The translations under genes and the position numbers were made by a program. Positions 12,631-23,760 of a stretch of 64,000 bases of DNA are shown here, piece after piece. Below the pieces are notes generated by a model. It was given only the letters and a program-made list of their open reading frames with translations, was not told the DNA's origin and made no database searches. Location of the stretch: the NCBI GenBank assembly GCA_028534125.1, contig CM052817.1, positions 96,536,001 to 96,600,000 on the forward strand, written 5' to 3'. The stretch is from Lama glama. Taxonomy: Eukaryota. How positions within the stretch are numbered: position 1 is the first letter of the stretch; each line of letters begins with the position of its first letter.

Positions 12631-13022
12631 TGTTAAAGGATAAACTGAGGCGTATTTAAAAATTTAAGAGTTTATTTGATCAAATAGCAGTTTGAATCAG
12701 GCAGCATCCAATCTATCAGATAAAAAGAAGCTCCAAGGGGCTCTACAAAATGGAAAATTTTATAGGCAGAAGGGAGAAGGGACAAGGACCTAACCCTAGG
12801 CAAAAAAGCAGCTTGGTTATTGCAAAGTTACTTTCCTTTAGGGGATGGCAGGGGTCTCTCAGGCAGATTACCTAACAAGTGTTGATCAGGATATTCCTGA
12901 TTGGCTGATTTAAGATTCCATTTCTGGGAGAGCTGAAGCTATAATTAAATTAAGTCTCAGTTTTGTGATGTGGAACTTAGCATAAGTGATTCCATTTTGG
13001 GCCTGTTCTTTTGTTTTAAACA
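12631..13022 (-). mobile_element. ERV1-type solo LTR
   Basis: TG...CA termini and a perfect 4-bp TSD CCAA (12627-12630 and 13023-13026). AATAAA and TATAAAA lie on the minus strand. Confidence 0.85.
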
Positions 13023-13313
13023 CCAACTCTATTGATAAACTTTCAGTAAATTTGCCTAAGAGATGTATAAAGAAATCGTAGTAATGGGACCCATAAGTCA
13101 AGAAGCATAATACTGCCAAAGCCTCAGATTTTATTCTCTTGCTAAGAAAAAAAAAACGGGATCAGGTGGATTTACTGTCATTTTAGAAGCAAAAAGTAAT
13201 CACAAAATGATATTAATATCTCTATCTTAGTGTCTATATTAATCTGTCTCCAAAATCCCTATTAATAGAAATTTCTGATTAATTTAAACTTTACAGTAAT
13301 AAGATTTAAAGGA

Positions 13314-13602
13314 CACTATGAACTCATCCACAGAACAAAAACAGACTCACAGATACAGTAAACAATCTTATGGTTATTGGGGAAAGGGGTTGGGAAGGGA
13401 TAAATTTGGGAGTTTGAGATTTGCAAATGTTAGCCACTATATATAAAAATAAATTTAAAAAAGAACAAGTTTCTTCTGTATAGCACAGGGAACTATATTC
13501 AGTATCTTGTAATAACCTTTAATGAAAAAGAATATGAAAATGAGTATATGTATGTATATGCATGACTGGGACATTGTGCTGTACACGAGAAATTGACACA
13601 TT
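13314..13602 (+). mobile_element. Young artiodactyl/camelid L1 3' UTR fragment lacking the terminal poly(A)
   Basis: ATGAACTCATC...ACAGACTCACAGA...TATAGCACAGGGAACTATATTC...AATTGACACA. It aligns by eye to the copies at 32526 and 62473. Confidence 0.85.
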
Positions 13603-13667
13603 TTTAAAGGATTTAATATAATTCCGCAGAGTATTGTTTTACTAAGACGAATACTCTTGGATGGGGG

Positions 13668-13760
13668 CAGGATGGCTTAGTTGCACAATGACGGGGGAAA
13701 CCATTCACATCGAATTAATGTGAAAGCTGCCCCCAGGAGAGGGGCAGCATGGCGGCCCTG
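13668..13760. mobile_element. MER91-like palindromic hAT-Tip100 MITE
   Basis: Central palindrome GGGGGAAACCATTCACAT...ATGTGAAAGCTGCCCCC and terminus ATGGCGGCCCTG. Confidence 0.7.
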
Positions 13761-13769
13761 CATGAAAAG

Positions 13770-14102
13770 AATCATCATCAAAATGAAAAGGCAATCTACT
13801 AAAGTATTTGCAAAAGATACATTCAGTAAGGGGCTAATACTCATATAGATGACCAACAGAAATGTGACAAGATGCTCAACATTACTAATTATCAAGGAAG
13901 TGAAAATCAAAACCATAATGAGTTATCTCCTCACTTCTGTCAGAATGACTTTCATCCAAAGGACAAATAAGAATGGGTGCTGGTGAGGCTAGAAACCCTC
14001 GCGCTCTGCTGGTGGGAAAGTAGGTTGATGCCATTATGGACAACAGCATGGCGGTTCTTCAAAAAATTAAATGTAGAACTACCATATGATCTAGCAATTC
14101 CA
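13770..14102 (+). mobile_element. L1 ORF2 C-terminal fragment
   Basis: Translates to WRFFKKLNVELPYDLAIP, the known ORF2 C-terminal motif W+FLKKL..ELPYDPAIP. Confidence 0.9.
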
Positions 14103-14104
14103 TA

Positions 14105-16456
14105 CCCATATGGGTCTTGTTCTTTTATCCATTCAGCCACCCTGTCTTCTGACTGGAGTATTTAGTCCATTTACTCTACAGTTATTACTGATACGTATGT
14201 ACTTATTGCCATTTTGTTAACTGTTTTCTGGTTGCCTTTGTACTTCTTCTCTGTTCCTTTCTTGCTCTCTTGCAATCTTCCCTTGTGATTTGATGACTAT
14301 TTTTAGAGTTTTGTTTGGATTCTGCTTCTCTTCATCATTTGCATATCTATTGTAAGTTTTTGGTTTGTGGTTACCATGAGATTTATATATAACAACCTAT
14401 GTAGATAGGTGTCTATTTTAAGTTGATGATCTCTCAAGTTTAAATGCATTCAAAACGCCTACCTTTTCATTCTACCCACAATGTTTTACGTTTCTGATAT
14501 CATATTTTACATCTTTTTATTTTGTTTATCCCTTAACTACTTACTGTAGATATAGGTGATTTTACTACTTTTGCTTAATCTTCCTATTAACTTTTTAGGT
14601 GGTCAGTCCACTACTTTTACTGTATCTTTGCCTTATCACTGAGAATTTCTCCTTTCATAATTTTCTTATTTCTACTTGTGGCCTTTTCTTTTCCACATAG
14701 GAAAGTCCCTTCATTATTTCTTGTAAAGCTGGTAGTGCTGAATTCTTTTAGCTTTTGCTAGTCTGTAAATTTCTTTCTCTCTCCTTCAGTCCTGAATGAT
14801 AACCTTTCCAAGCTGAGTATTCTTGGTTGCAGTTTTTTTCTTTTCAGCACTCTGCATATAGCATGCCACTCCTTCCTGGCCTGCAAAGTTTCTGCTGAAG
14901 AATCAGCGGATGGTCTTATGGGAGTCCTCTTGTGCACAACTGGTTGCTCTTCTCTTGCTGTGCTTAAGATTCCCTCTTTATCTTTAGTCTGACATTTTGA
15001 TTATAATGTGTTCTCGTGTGAACTTCTTTGAGTTCATCTTCTCTGGGACTCTGTGCTTTCTGGACCTGGAATGTCTGTTTCATTCCCCACGTTGGAGAAT
15101 TTTTCAGCTGTTATTTTTTTCAAATAATTTCTCTGCCCTTTTCTCTCCCTTCTCCTTCAGGGACTCCTGTAATGGGAATATTAGTACACTTGATGTTGTT
15201 TCAGGGGCCTCTTGATCTACCCTCATTTTTAAAAATTCTTTTTCTCTCTTCCTATTCATCTTGAATGATTTTGACTACTCTTTCTTCCCGATCACGGATT
15301 CATTCTTCGGTAGCACTGATTCCCTCTAGTCTATTTTTCTTTTCAGTTATTGTATTATTCATTACATCTCTCAATCTTGGAGAAGTGGCCTTATGTAAAA
15401 GATGTCCAATGGGGTCCAGCAGTACACTCCACTCCAGCCACCAGAGCTAGATGCTCCAGTGGTTTCCCCTATGTAGATGGCATGCACCTCTCTGTTGTGC
15501 TCGGGCCAAATACTGCAGGCACACTGGTGGGCTAGACAGCCCAGTTGCGTGTGAGGCCCTGCCTCAAGTGGTTGCCGTAGGCACACTGGTGGGTGAGGCA
15601 GGACCCTGGTGCTAATGGGCTAGAGGGGGGATTCCAAACTGGCAGCTGTCAGCACCAGTGTTGGCACAGTAGAACAAGATCACAAAAATGTCTGTTGCCA
15701 GCATTGCAGTCCCAGGAGGAGTCCCAACTGCCTCCTGCCTCTCTGGGAGGCTCTCCAAGATCAGCAACTAGGTCTGACTCAGACACCTTTCAAATTGCTG
15801 ACTCTGCACTGGGACTCAGGACATGTGAGATTTTTGTGTGTGCCTTTAAAGAGAAAGCATAGTCTAGGTTTCCTACAGCCCTCTGGCTCTCTTAAATACA
15901 AGGCCCACTGGTTTTCAAAGCCAAATGTTTTGGGGCCTAGTCTTCCCAGTACAGGACCCCTGGGCTCAGGAACCTGAGAGGCTGCAACCTTTCACTCCTC
16001 AAAGGGGACCTCTGCAATTGTGGTGTCTCTCCTGTTTGGGGGTCACCACACTGGGGATGTGGGTACTGAGCAGACTGAATCTCCTCCCCTCCTACCTATC
16101 TCACTGTGGCTCTCTCTTTATATCTTTATTTCTGGAAAATCTTTTCTGCTAGTCTTCAGGTGATTCTCAGAGATAGTTGCTCTGTAAGTAGAGTTGATCT
16201 TTGAATAAGCAGGGGTTAATCCGCATATAACTTACAGTCAGTCCTTCATATTCAGTTCCTCTGCATCCACAGATTCAACCCACTATGGACTGTGTAGAAC
16301 TGTAGTATTTACTATTGAAAAATATCCACAATATAAGTAGACCCATGCAGTTCAAACCCCTATTGTCAAAGTCACCTATAGCTGAAATTCTGGTGTGCCC
16401 ATGGAAGACAGTAAGCCCAGGATCTTCCAGCTCCACCATCTTGATCTCAATCCCCA
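14105..16456 (-). mobile_element. L1M 5' portion: 5' UTR, ORF1 and start of the ORF2 endonuclease (decayed)
   Basis: The minus-strand translation AEWIKEQDP matches the endonuclease N-terminus. The element 5' end GGGGATTGAGATCAAGATGGTGGAG carries a YY1-like motif. It is interrupted by a Tigger element. Confidence 0.85.
16191..16378. mobile_element. Tigger2/MER8-family MITE nested in the L1 5' UTR
   Basis: TA flanks at 16189-16190 and 16379-16380, degenerate TIRs GAGTTGA...GTCACCTA, and the motif ATAAGTAGACCCATGCAGTTCAAACCC. Confidence 0.85.
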
Positions 16457-17087
16457 AGGCCAAGATCGTGCATTTTCTTATCTGCTTCATTGACCATTAT
16501 TCTATAATTATATTGCACCACTTCCCTGTGTCACTAATCCAGACCATTAACCCACCAAATGTAAATTCTTAATTCTAATAAAATATCCACAATAATAATT
16601 GAACTCTCAGGTGAACAGAACAATACGGCATTGACTTTAGTCAGCCATCATTTGAATATACCTAATACTGTAGCCAAATTATTTACTCATGAGTGACTCA
16701 AAAAACTTCTTCATTTTGTGTAGAAATCTACTGGAAAATTAGACATGTGGCTAAGATAAAGATTATAACTTGTTAGTAATCACACTGATATATTCAGACA
16801 CAGTCATACACATTGATTCTTGTTGTAACAAACACTCAGATTTCCAACAAGTTAATATACACACTTAAATAGTTTTGTCTTCCTGTTTAATGATGCTTAG
16901 CACAAACAGATAATGTTTGAGGCTGATTCCTAAGAACATAAATTTTTCCTTAAGTGATCTACTGTCCTTGGTCAAATCATACTGTTCAACTACAGAGCTC
17001 CAAAGTCTACGTCAGGAGACCAGAGGCACTTGTTTAAAAAAACAAAAGAGCTATTCATAGTTTAGAGCGATGATATATTTAGGTCCA

Positions 17088-17755
17088 TGTTACGGCAAGA
17101 CTGGGTAGCTATTCACCAATTCTGTTTTCTTTTTATCAGAAAAAAAAGGAAGAGTTAAACTCCCAGTGTTCCCTATAGTTGGGTTAGGTTCAAGTGACTG
17201 GGTTTTGGCCAATGACATGTAGAAGGAAGCAATATAGCACTCCCATGCCTGTTTCCTAAAATCCAATGCATGACCATTTATAAAGGCAACCATGGAGATG
17301 ATGCACTGCAGATGACAACATCACGAGATGAAAGAAAGCAACTGCAGCTGCACTGGACAGTGATTTGAGAAAGAAACAAACTTTTATCTGTGTAGCCACT
17401 AAGCTCTGAGATTTGAGAACTTGTTTACTACTGCAACATACCTTAGCCCAATTGACTGAGAAAGTGGTCCTGGCAGTGGGGGCACCATCACAAAATTTCA
17501 AAGATGTGGCAGGGCATCAGGCAGCAAAGAAGCTGCTACCACTGGCTGGAAATATGGTCATCTAAGTTGTGCAGTGGGAATAAAAGCTGTAAAACTGTTA
17601 TCGGTGATAGATGTACTGCAGTCTCCTAAGTCTGAAGCTCTAGAGGAAGAAGATGGAAAACAGTTACACCACTGCTGTGTGCTGGTTAATACAGGCTGAA
17701 TTTGGCAAGGCATTACATGAAAGGGATGAGTTCAGGAAAGAATTGGCTGGTCAGG
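17088..17755 (+). mobile_element. MaLR MLT1 (I/J-like) LTR plus adjacent MLT1 internal sequence
   Basis: GTGACTGGGTTTTGGCCAATG...CTGAGATTTG...TTGTTTACTACTGCA is LTR. From about 17460 the sequence has MLT-int motifs (GGATGAGTTCAGGAAAGAATTGGCTGG). Confidence 0.75.
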
Positions 17756-18774
17756 AACACTTTAAAATATGATTCGTATCTCAGGAGTCATACTTCACTG
17801 AAACAGTAGTATTTCCAAATTTCCACAGGGCCACTGTATCTTTAACATTAAGGATTAACACTGTCTACCTTAAATCCATGAGCCAAACATCATTAAGCTG
17901 CTCTATTTTTAAGCCAGGTCTATTCATATTGGGTGGTGGAGGGGCAAAGGCTGGAGGTGTAGACAAAGAAAAAAATTAATGCAGCTGTATCCCAGGCTTT
18001 CAGAAGGTCCTTTCTGAGTGGGTTAAAGTCTGTTTATGCTCTTATTAACAATGCAGTATTTTTTTAAATAGCATTTGGCCTCTTTTGAATGGTTAATGAA
18101 TTTTTATATCAGGAAGGAAGGTAAGAAAGACCATTATCTTACAGTGTCTTCTTAAGGCAGAAAAAATATAAATCCAAACAAAATCTCTGAATTCTTTTAA
18201 AAGACCAACTATAGATCTAGGGTGGAAAAACTTGACAAGTGTGATCTGGTATTCATTTCAGCAAGCTGAGTTTAATTTTCTACTTTGGGAAGCAACGCGT
18301 GATAGTCATTGTTTAACATCATTCCACTGAGGCTTCAGAAATCTCCATAAAAGAAACCTTATGGGGAATTTATGTGCTTCATATTATGCCAAAGTTCTGA
18401 AAGAGTGAGCTTGGACTTGGTGACCAATGGAGTTTCCTTCTTATCCGAGGAGGAATAGCTTTGGTCACCATCTGGACCATATGAAAAGCACTGAGAACCT
18501 GGTTGGGGCAGAGCCAAATGTATCATGTAGGTACCATCTGGCAATACTAAAAGCTAGGAAGGGGGTGGAAATTGCCATGGGCCAGTCTTCAAGAGACTAC
18601 CTAACCAGAGAAAAACTTAATGAGTTAACAGAGTAGGAGTCTTACTGAAATAAGAATCAAGAGATACAGGCTCTAAAACAGACTCTCCCACTGACCAGAT
18701 ATGTGACTTTAGGACAAGTCATGCCTCCATGCTGGACTTCCTTCTCTTCTATAGAACAAGGAAGTTGGGCTTAA

Positions 18775-19070
18775 TTATGGATTGCCAACTGAAACACCTA
18801 CGAGGATATAGCAGGTCATCTAATGGGGAGACCCATACATAATGGGGACAATGGCTAAGTGAAGACTGCCTGCCCTTCCAAAGGGAAAGTGGCTACACAA
18901 CTCCAGATAATTAATGATACGTAGGAACGCAGGCCCAATGTTGCAAAATTTCAAATTTTTTCAAGAGAAGCTAGAAATCGGAGATTTTTATGGAAAAAAA
19001 CTTTTCATTTTTAAATAGTCACACCTAACTTAATTTTTTTGTTCCCAGGCAGTTGTCAAATAACTATCTC
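18775..19070. mobile_element. MER102-like hAT-Charlie element
   Basis: CAGGCCCAATGTTGC...TTTTTTCAAGAGAAGCTAGAAATC. A related copy lies at about 47.3-47.6 kb. Confidence 0.65.
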
Positions 19071-19219
19071 TGAACTAAGTAATTTCTGAGTCCCTTCCAT
19101 CTTTGAAGTAAATTTACATTAATCACCTGATCAATGATATTTTGTTTCCTCTCTCTATAATCCATTTTCTCCTGCCTTCAAAGTGTTCAGAAATGAACAC
19201 ACACTGTGCTGGGGCTCTA

Positions 19220-20250
19220 CGGATTTGGCTTCCTCCCCAACTCCACTGAGACTGTGCTCCTGGTGGAGATCCATGATCTCTTGACCGCAAACTCAAAAGG
19301 CAACTGCCTTGCCTTCATTCTTAACCAATTTATAGCAACTCAATCTGTTAACAACACCTCTTCTTGAAAGCCAGCCTCTTCTGGTTCTTCACATGTTTCT
19401 AATCACCTTGTCCCAGATTCTTCTGCTGCCTCCTTTTTCCCTTCCACCTCCTAAATGTGGGTCTTCCCAGAGACTCAGTCCTCAGCCCGCTAGTCTTCTA
19501 AGTTCTTATCCTAAAATCTCATCTAAAAATTCAGCCTCAAGCATCACTAGATTCATTCATAGACACAAACATCTCCTCTCCTGAGGAGCTCCAACTCTCC
19601 ATGTCTAATGGCTGCTTGAACATTTCTACTTGGACTAAGTTGCTCCAAAGTTACTGTTTTCTCCAAAATTTCTCCCTTGTGTTCCTCTTGCTACTAAAGA
19701 TCTCCCACCATCCTTCACATCATTCCTCCAGTTACTCCAAGTTAACAATCTTAGTTACCTTTGACTCACCTCATTCACCTCCACATTTAATGATCTCTTC
19801 ACAATATTGGGCACATTTATCTCCATCTTTCTAAGGAAGGCTTCTGCACTTACCACTTCAGGGCTAGATATACCGCTTGCATCCTTCTTACTTCCTCACT
19901 CCAATCTGTATTGGGTACTGCCAACACATTATCACCTCTATCACATCGTATTTTCACTTCCATTGCTTCAAGGGATAAATACTAACATCCTGTATCTAGT
20001 ATTTGAAGTTCACTGTTTGGTCCGTAGCAACTTCCCCATCCTCTCAATATAGAAGACATTCCTTTCCAGCTAAACCAGGCTAATCATTGTTCTCCAAGAA
20101 CTGTTTTTTCATTTGTGCCTAGAATGTCCTCCCCTGTAATTTCTACCTGTTCAAATCCTACTCATTCTTCAAGGCATAGTTCAATTTGCATCTTCTTCTA
20201 AAAGCTTTTTTAAGTTACCTAGACCAAAGTGGTATCTCCCTTAACAGAAC
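19220..20250 (+). mobile_element. L2 LINE fragment
   Basis: Pyrimidine-rich L2 motifs CTCCACTGAGACTGTGCTC, CTCTCCTGAGGAGCTCCA and CAAATCCTACTCATTCTTCAAGGC. Confidence 0.75.
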
Positions 20251-20289
20251 TCAAGGAAATGGTTTTCAGTGCTGCTTCCTTATCCAGAG

Positions 20290-22915
20290 AAGAAATCTCA
20301 GATGTTAGCTTCTAAAAGCTTTATTGCTTTGCCTTTCACATGTAGATCTAAAATTAGTTAGGTGTATGGTATGAAGTGGGAGTCCAGTGTATTTTCTTTT
20401 TTTTTGCATGAATGTGTAATTTTTCCTAGCACTATGGATATCTATCTGTCTTTTCCCTGTTGTTACAGTGGAGCTGTTTCATAAATCAAGGTACCGCATC
20501 ATACACTCATATTGCCATTAGTCTGACAATTCTATTCTATTGGCCTATTTCTCAGTTCTTGCACCAATTTCACACTGACTCAGTTAACACAGCTTTTGTA
20601 ATGTCTTGATATCCAGCAGAGACAGTTCTTCTAGACTGTTGTTCTTTAAGGGTGTCTTGCCTATTCTAGGCCCTTTCCATATAAATTTCCATATAGATTT
20701 TAGTGTCAATTTACCAGGCTTTCTTCTCTCCCTCTCCCTCCAAAAAAATTAACAACTGAGTTGGGATTTTTATTGTTATCTCTTTGGACTTCAGATCAAC
20801 TTACCTATTACTCACATTCCCTGTTTTTCTTTTCCTTTTTTCATCTGACTAGGTTTCATTTGCATGCTTTAGGTTGAATTTGCTGTTTTTCCAGTTTCTG
20901 AAGATGAAAATTTTGAATATTGATGCAAAATTTGTTTTTAATATAAAAAAGTTAATGCTATAAATTTCCTTTCATTCACTTTCTTTCATTAGTTTATGCA
21001 TTTAGGTGCATTCTTAATTTTTAATATGTTATGTTTTCATTCATTCCATTCCAGGTATTTTCTAATTTCTGCTGTGACTTCCTCTTTGATTCATGGATTA
21101 TGTAGAAGTATGTTGTTTAATCACATATTTTGTAATTTTCCAGGCATCTTTCTGTTATTGATTTCTAGTTTAATTTTTGAGTGGCCAGAGAACATTCTTT
21201 GCAAGATTTCAATTCTTTAAAATTTATTGAAATTTGTTTTATGGCCCAGACTATGTTCTACTTTGATGAATGTCAAATATCAGTTAGGTCATATTGGTTG
21301 CTAGCATTGCTTACATCATCTACATTCTTAGTTATTCTCTCTCTACCTGTTTCATTTATTAATAAGAGAGAAGTGGTGTTGACATTTCCAACTGTAATTA
21401 TGGATTTTTCTATTTCTGTCAGCTTTGTGTATTTTGAAGTCCTGCTGTGCTTCAAATGCATATTTAAAATTGTTGTGTCTTCTTTATGAATTGATATCTT
21501 TATCAATAAGTAATATTCCTCCTAATCCTGGATAATATCTCTTGGGTGAAGTCCACTTTCTCTGATTTTAATGTGGTCACTTCACTTTCTTTTTATTTGT
21601 GTTAGTATGGTTTATCTTTTTCCATCATTTTGCTTTTAACAGATCCATGTATTTATATTAAAGTAGTTTCTTATAGACAGTATATAATTAATTCTTGTAT
21701 TATCATCACCTGACAATCTCTGCCTTTTAATTAGCATATTTAGATAAATTTCAAGGTAATTATTGATATGATGAATTTAAATCTACCACCTTTCTAGTTA
21801 TTTTCTATTTCCCAGATGTCCTTTTCCCCTTTTTTGTAATTATTTAGATTAATTGAGCATTTTTTATTATTAAATTTTTCTCTACAGTTAGCTTATTTGT
21901 TATATCATCTTCTTAATTTTTAATGGTTGCCCTCAACTTGACACCATACATCTTTAATTTATCATAGTCTGTCTAAAATAACAGTTACTTCACACATTGT
22001 ATAAGAACAACATGTATTTCCAGTTTCTCCCTCCTTTAATTTACACTTTTGTTGTCTTACATTTTATTTTTGCATAAATTATAAACTCAACAAAACATTT
22101 TCATTATATGTGCTTTAAATTGTCAATATATTTTACAGTGATTATAAATAAGTTTAGAATTTATCCTGTTTGTCTCTATTTTTAGTATCATTAGTGCTCT
22201 TCATTTTTTTTGCTAAATCTAAGTTTCCTCCACGTATCCTACTCCTGCATGAAGAACTTTCTTTAAGATTTCTTATAGGGTAGCTCTACTGGCAATGAAT
22301 TCTCTCTCTTTTTTTTGTTGGAAACTTTTATATGCAAACGTATTTAAAAGATATTTTCACTGTACATCAAATTCTGAGTTGACGGATTTTTTTCTTTCAG
22401 TTCTTTAAAGGTGTCATTTTATTGTCTTCTGGCTTTCATGGTTTCTAACAAGAAGCCTACTACAATTTTTTTTTAATTATTGAAAGTTGTAAAACATCTT
22501 TTTCTTTGATTATCTTCACCATTACCTCTTTATCTTTGATTATAGTGATGTTTCAAATTTTCTGTTTATCTGGGATTTTGTTGATGATGTTGTTTTTGTT
22601 TTTAGTATTTATCTTTCTTGAAGTTCTCTGGGTTTCTTGGATTTGTGGTTTGGTATCTTCCATTGTTTTGGGACCATTCTCAACCTTCATTACTTCAAAT
22701 ACTTCTTTTGCCTCATTTTCTCTTTATCTTCTTCTCAGACTCCAACATACACACATTACACCATTTACTATTGTCCCACAACTCTTGGATGTTATTTTTT
22801 TAATATTCTTTTTTTTTCCACTTTCTATTTCAGTTTGGGTAATTTCTATTATTCAGTTTGAATAATTTCTGTATTTTTCTTGATTTATTTTCAAGTTTAC
22901 CCATTCCTTCCCCAG
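20290..22915 (-). mobile_element. Old L1M, fragmented ORF2/ORF1 remnants
   Basis: T-rich antisense L1. The minus ORF at 21273-21506 (SIHKEDTTILNM...IEKSIITVGNVNT) resembles the L1 endonuclease. Confidence 0.85.
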
Positions 22916-23599
22916 GTGAAAGTGGGAACTGCTGACTCACTTTGATTTGTAATAACTGGCACTTGTTTAGTCTTTAGGGCCTGAAAAACTATAGATAACT
23001 TTGTAAATGCATTTAAGAGGTATTTTAGGTGTCCTACATCATTACACAGAAAAAGTAATTCTTGTCACAACAAGAACAAGTCCAGATCCTCATAATCCAG
23101 GGCTTATTTTCCTGATAAGCCTTTCTTTAAAAAATAGTATTTCCTAATGATCAGAATGCTTATTAAGAAAGAATACAGAATAGCTTCATTGAAAGGAACT
23201 ATACAAGGACCTTACCATAATCAGAGTTAATATACAACAGATACAATATTCTTAACCACAACTAAGCCTTAACCTCGAACCAAAATGAAGAGAGTATATA
23301 TAATATAATTTTATAAGAACCTCAGTTTAAGTTAGTCTCATCAATAAGGTAGTTTAGTAATACGAAACCTCAGGGTTCACAATAGCACTATTTCAAATCA
23401 GATTTATGTTTGTCCTTCTTGAAAGCAGGAGTGACCAGTTTGTTTTCAAGGGTCCACTGAGGTATAAGTTTCATACGTGTATACTTCTCAGATTTAAAAA
23501 CATCACACTGTTCATATATTTTTGTAGTAGCTATTCTTCTCTACACTTCTTTGTTGATCCTATGGCTTATATAACAAATAGCACCTTGCTGTGTTTTAG

Positions 23600-23760
23600 T
23601 TTATTTATTCAACAAAAACATACCAAGTGCCTACTATAAGCCATATGCTAGAGATACAAAGTTGAAAAGGCATGATACATAATTTTAAGAAATTTACAAT
23701 CTCTGTGAGACATATATTAAGATAATACAATGTGATTACTACTAATATGGGGGCATAGTC
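23600..23760 (-). mobile_element. L2 3' end
   Basis: TTATTCAACAAAAACATACCAAGTGCCTACTAT...GAGATACAAAG. Confidence 0.65.

Noticed and set aside
13668..13760. Double hairpin suggesting a novel structured RNA
   Set aside because: Explained by the palindromic MER91-like MITE.
21273..21506. Endonuclease-like ORF, and similar ORFs at about 13.9, 29.0 and 63.5 kb
   Set aside because: Broken L1 ORF2 remnants, not host genes.
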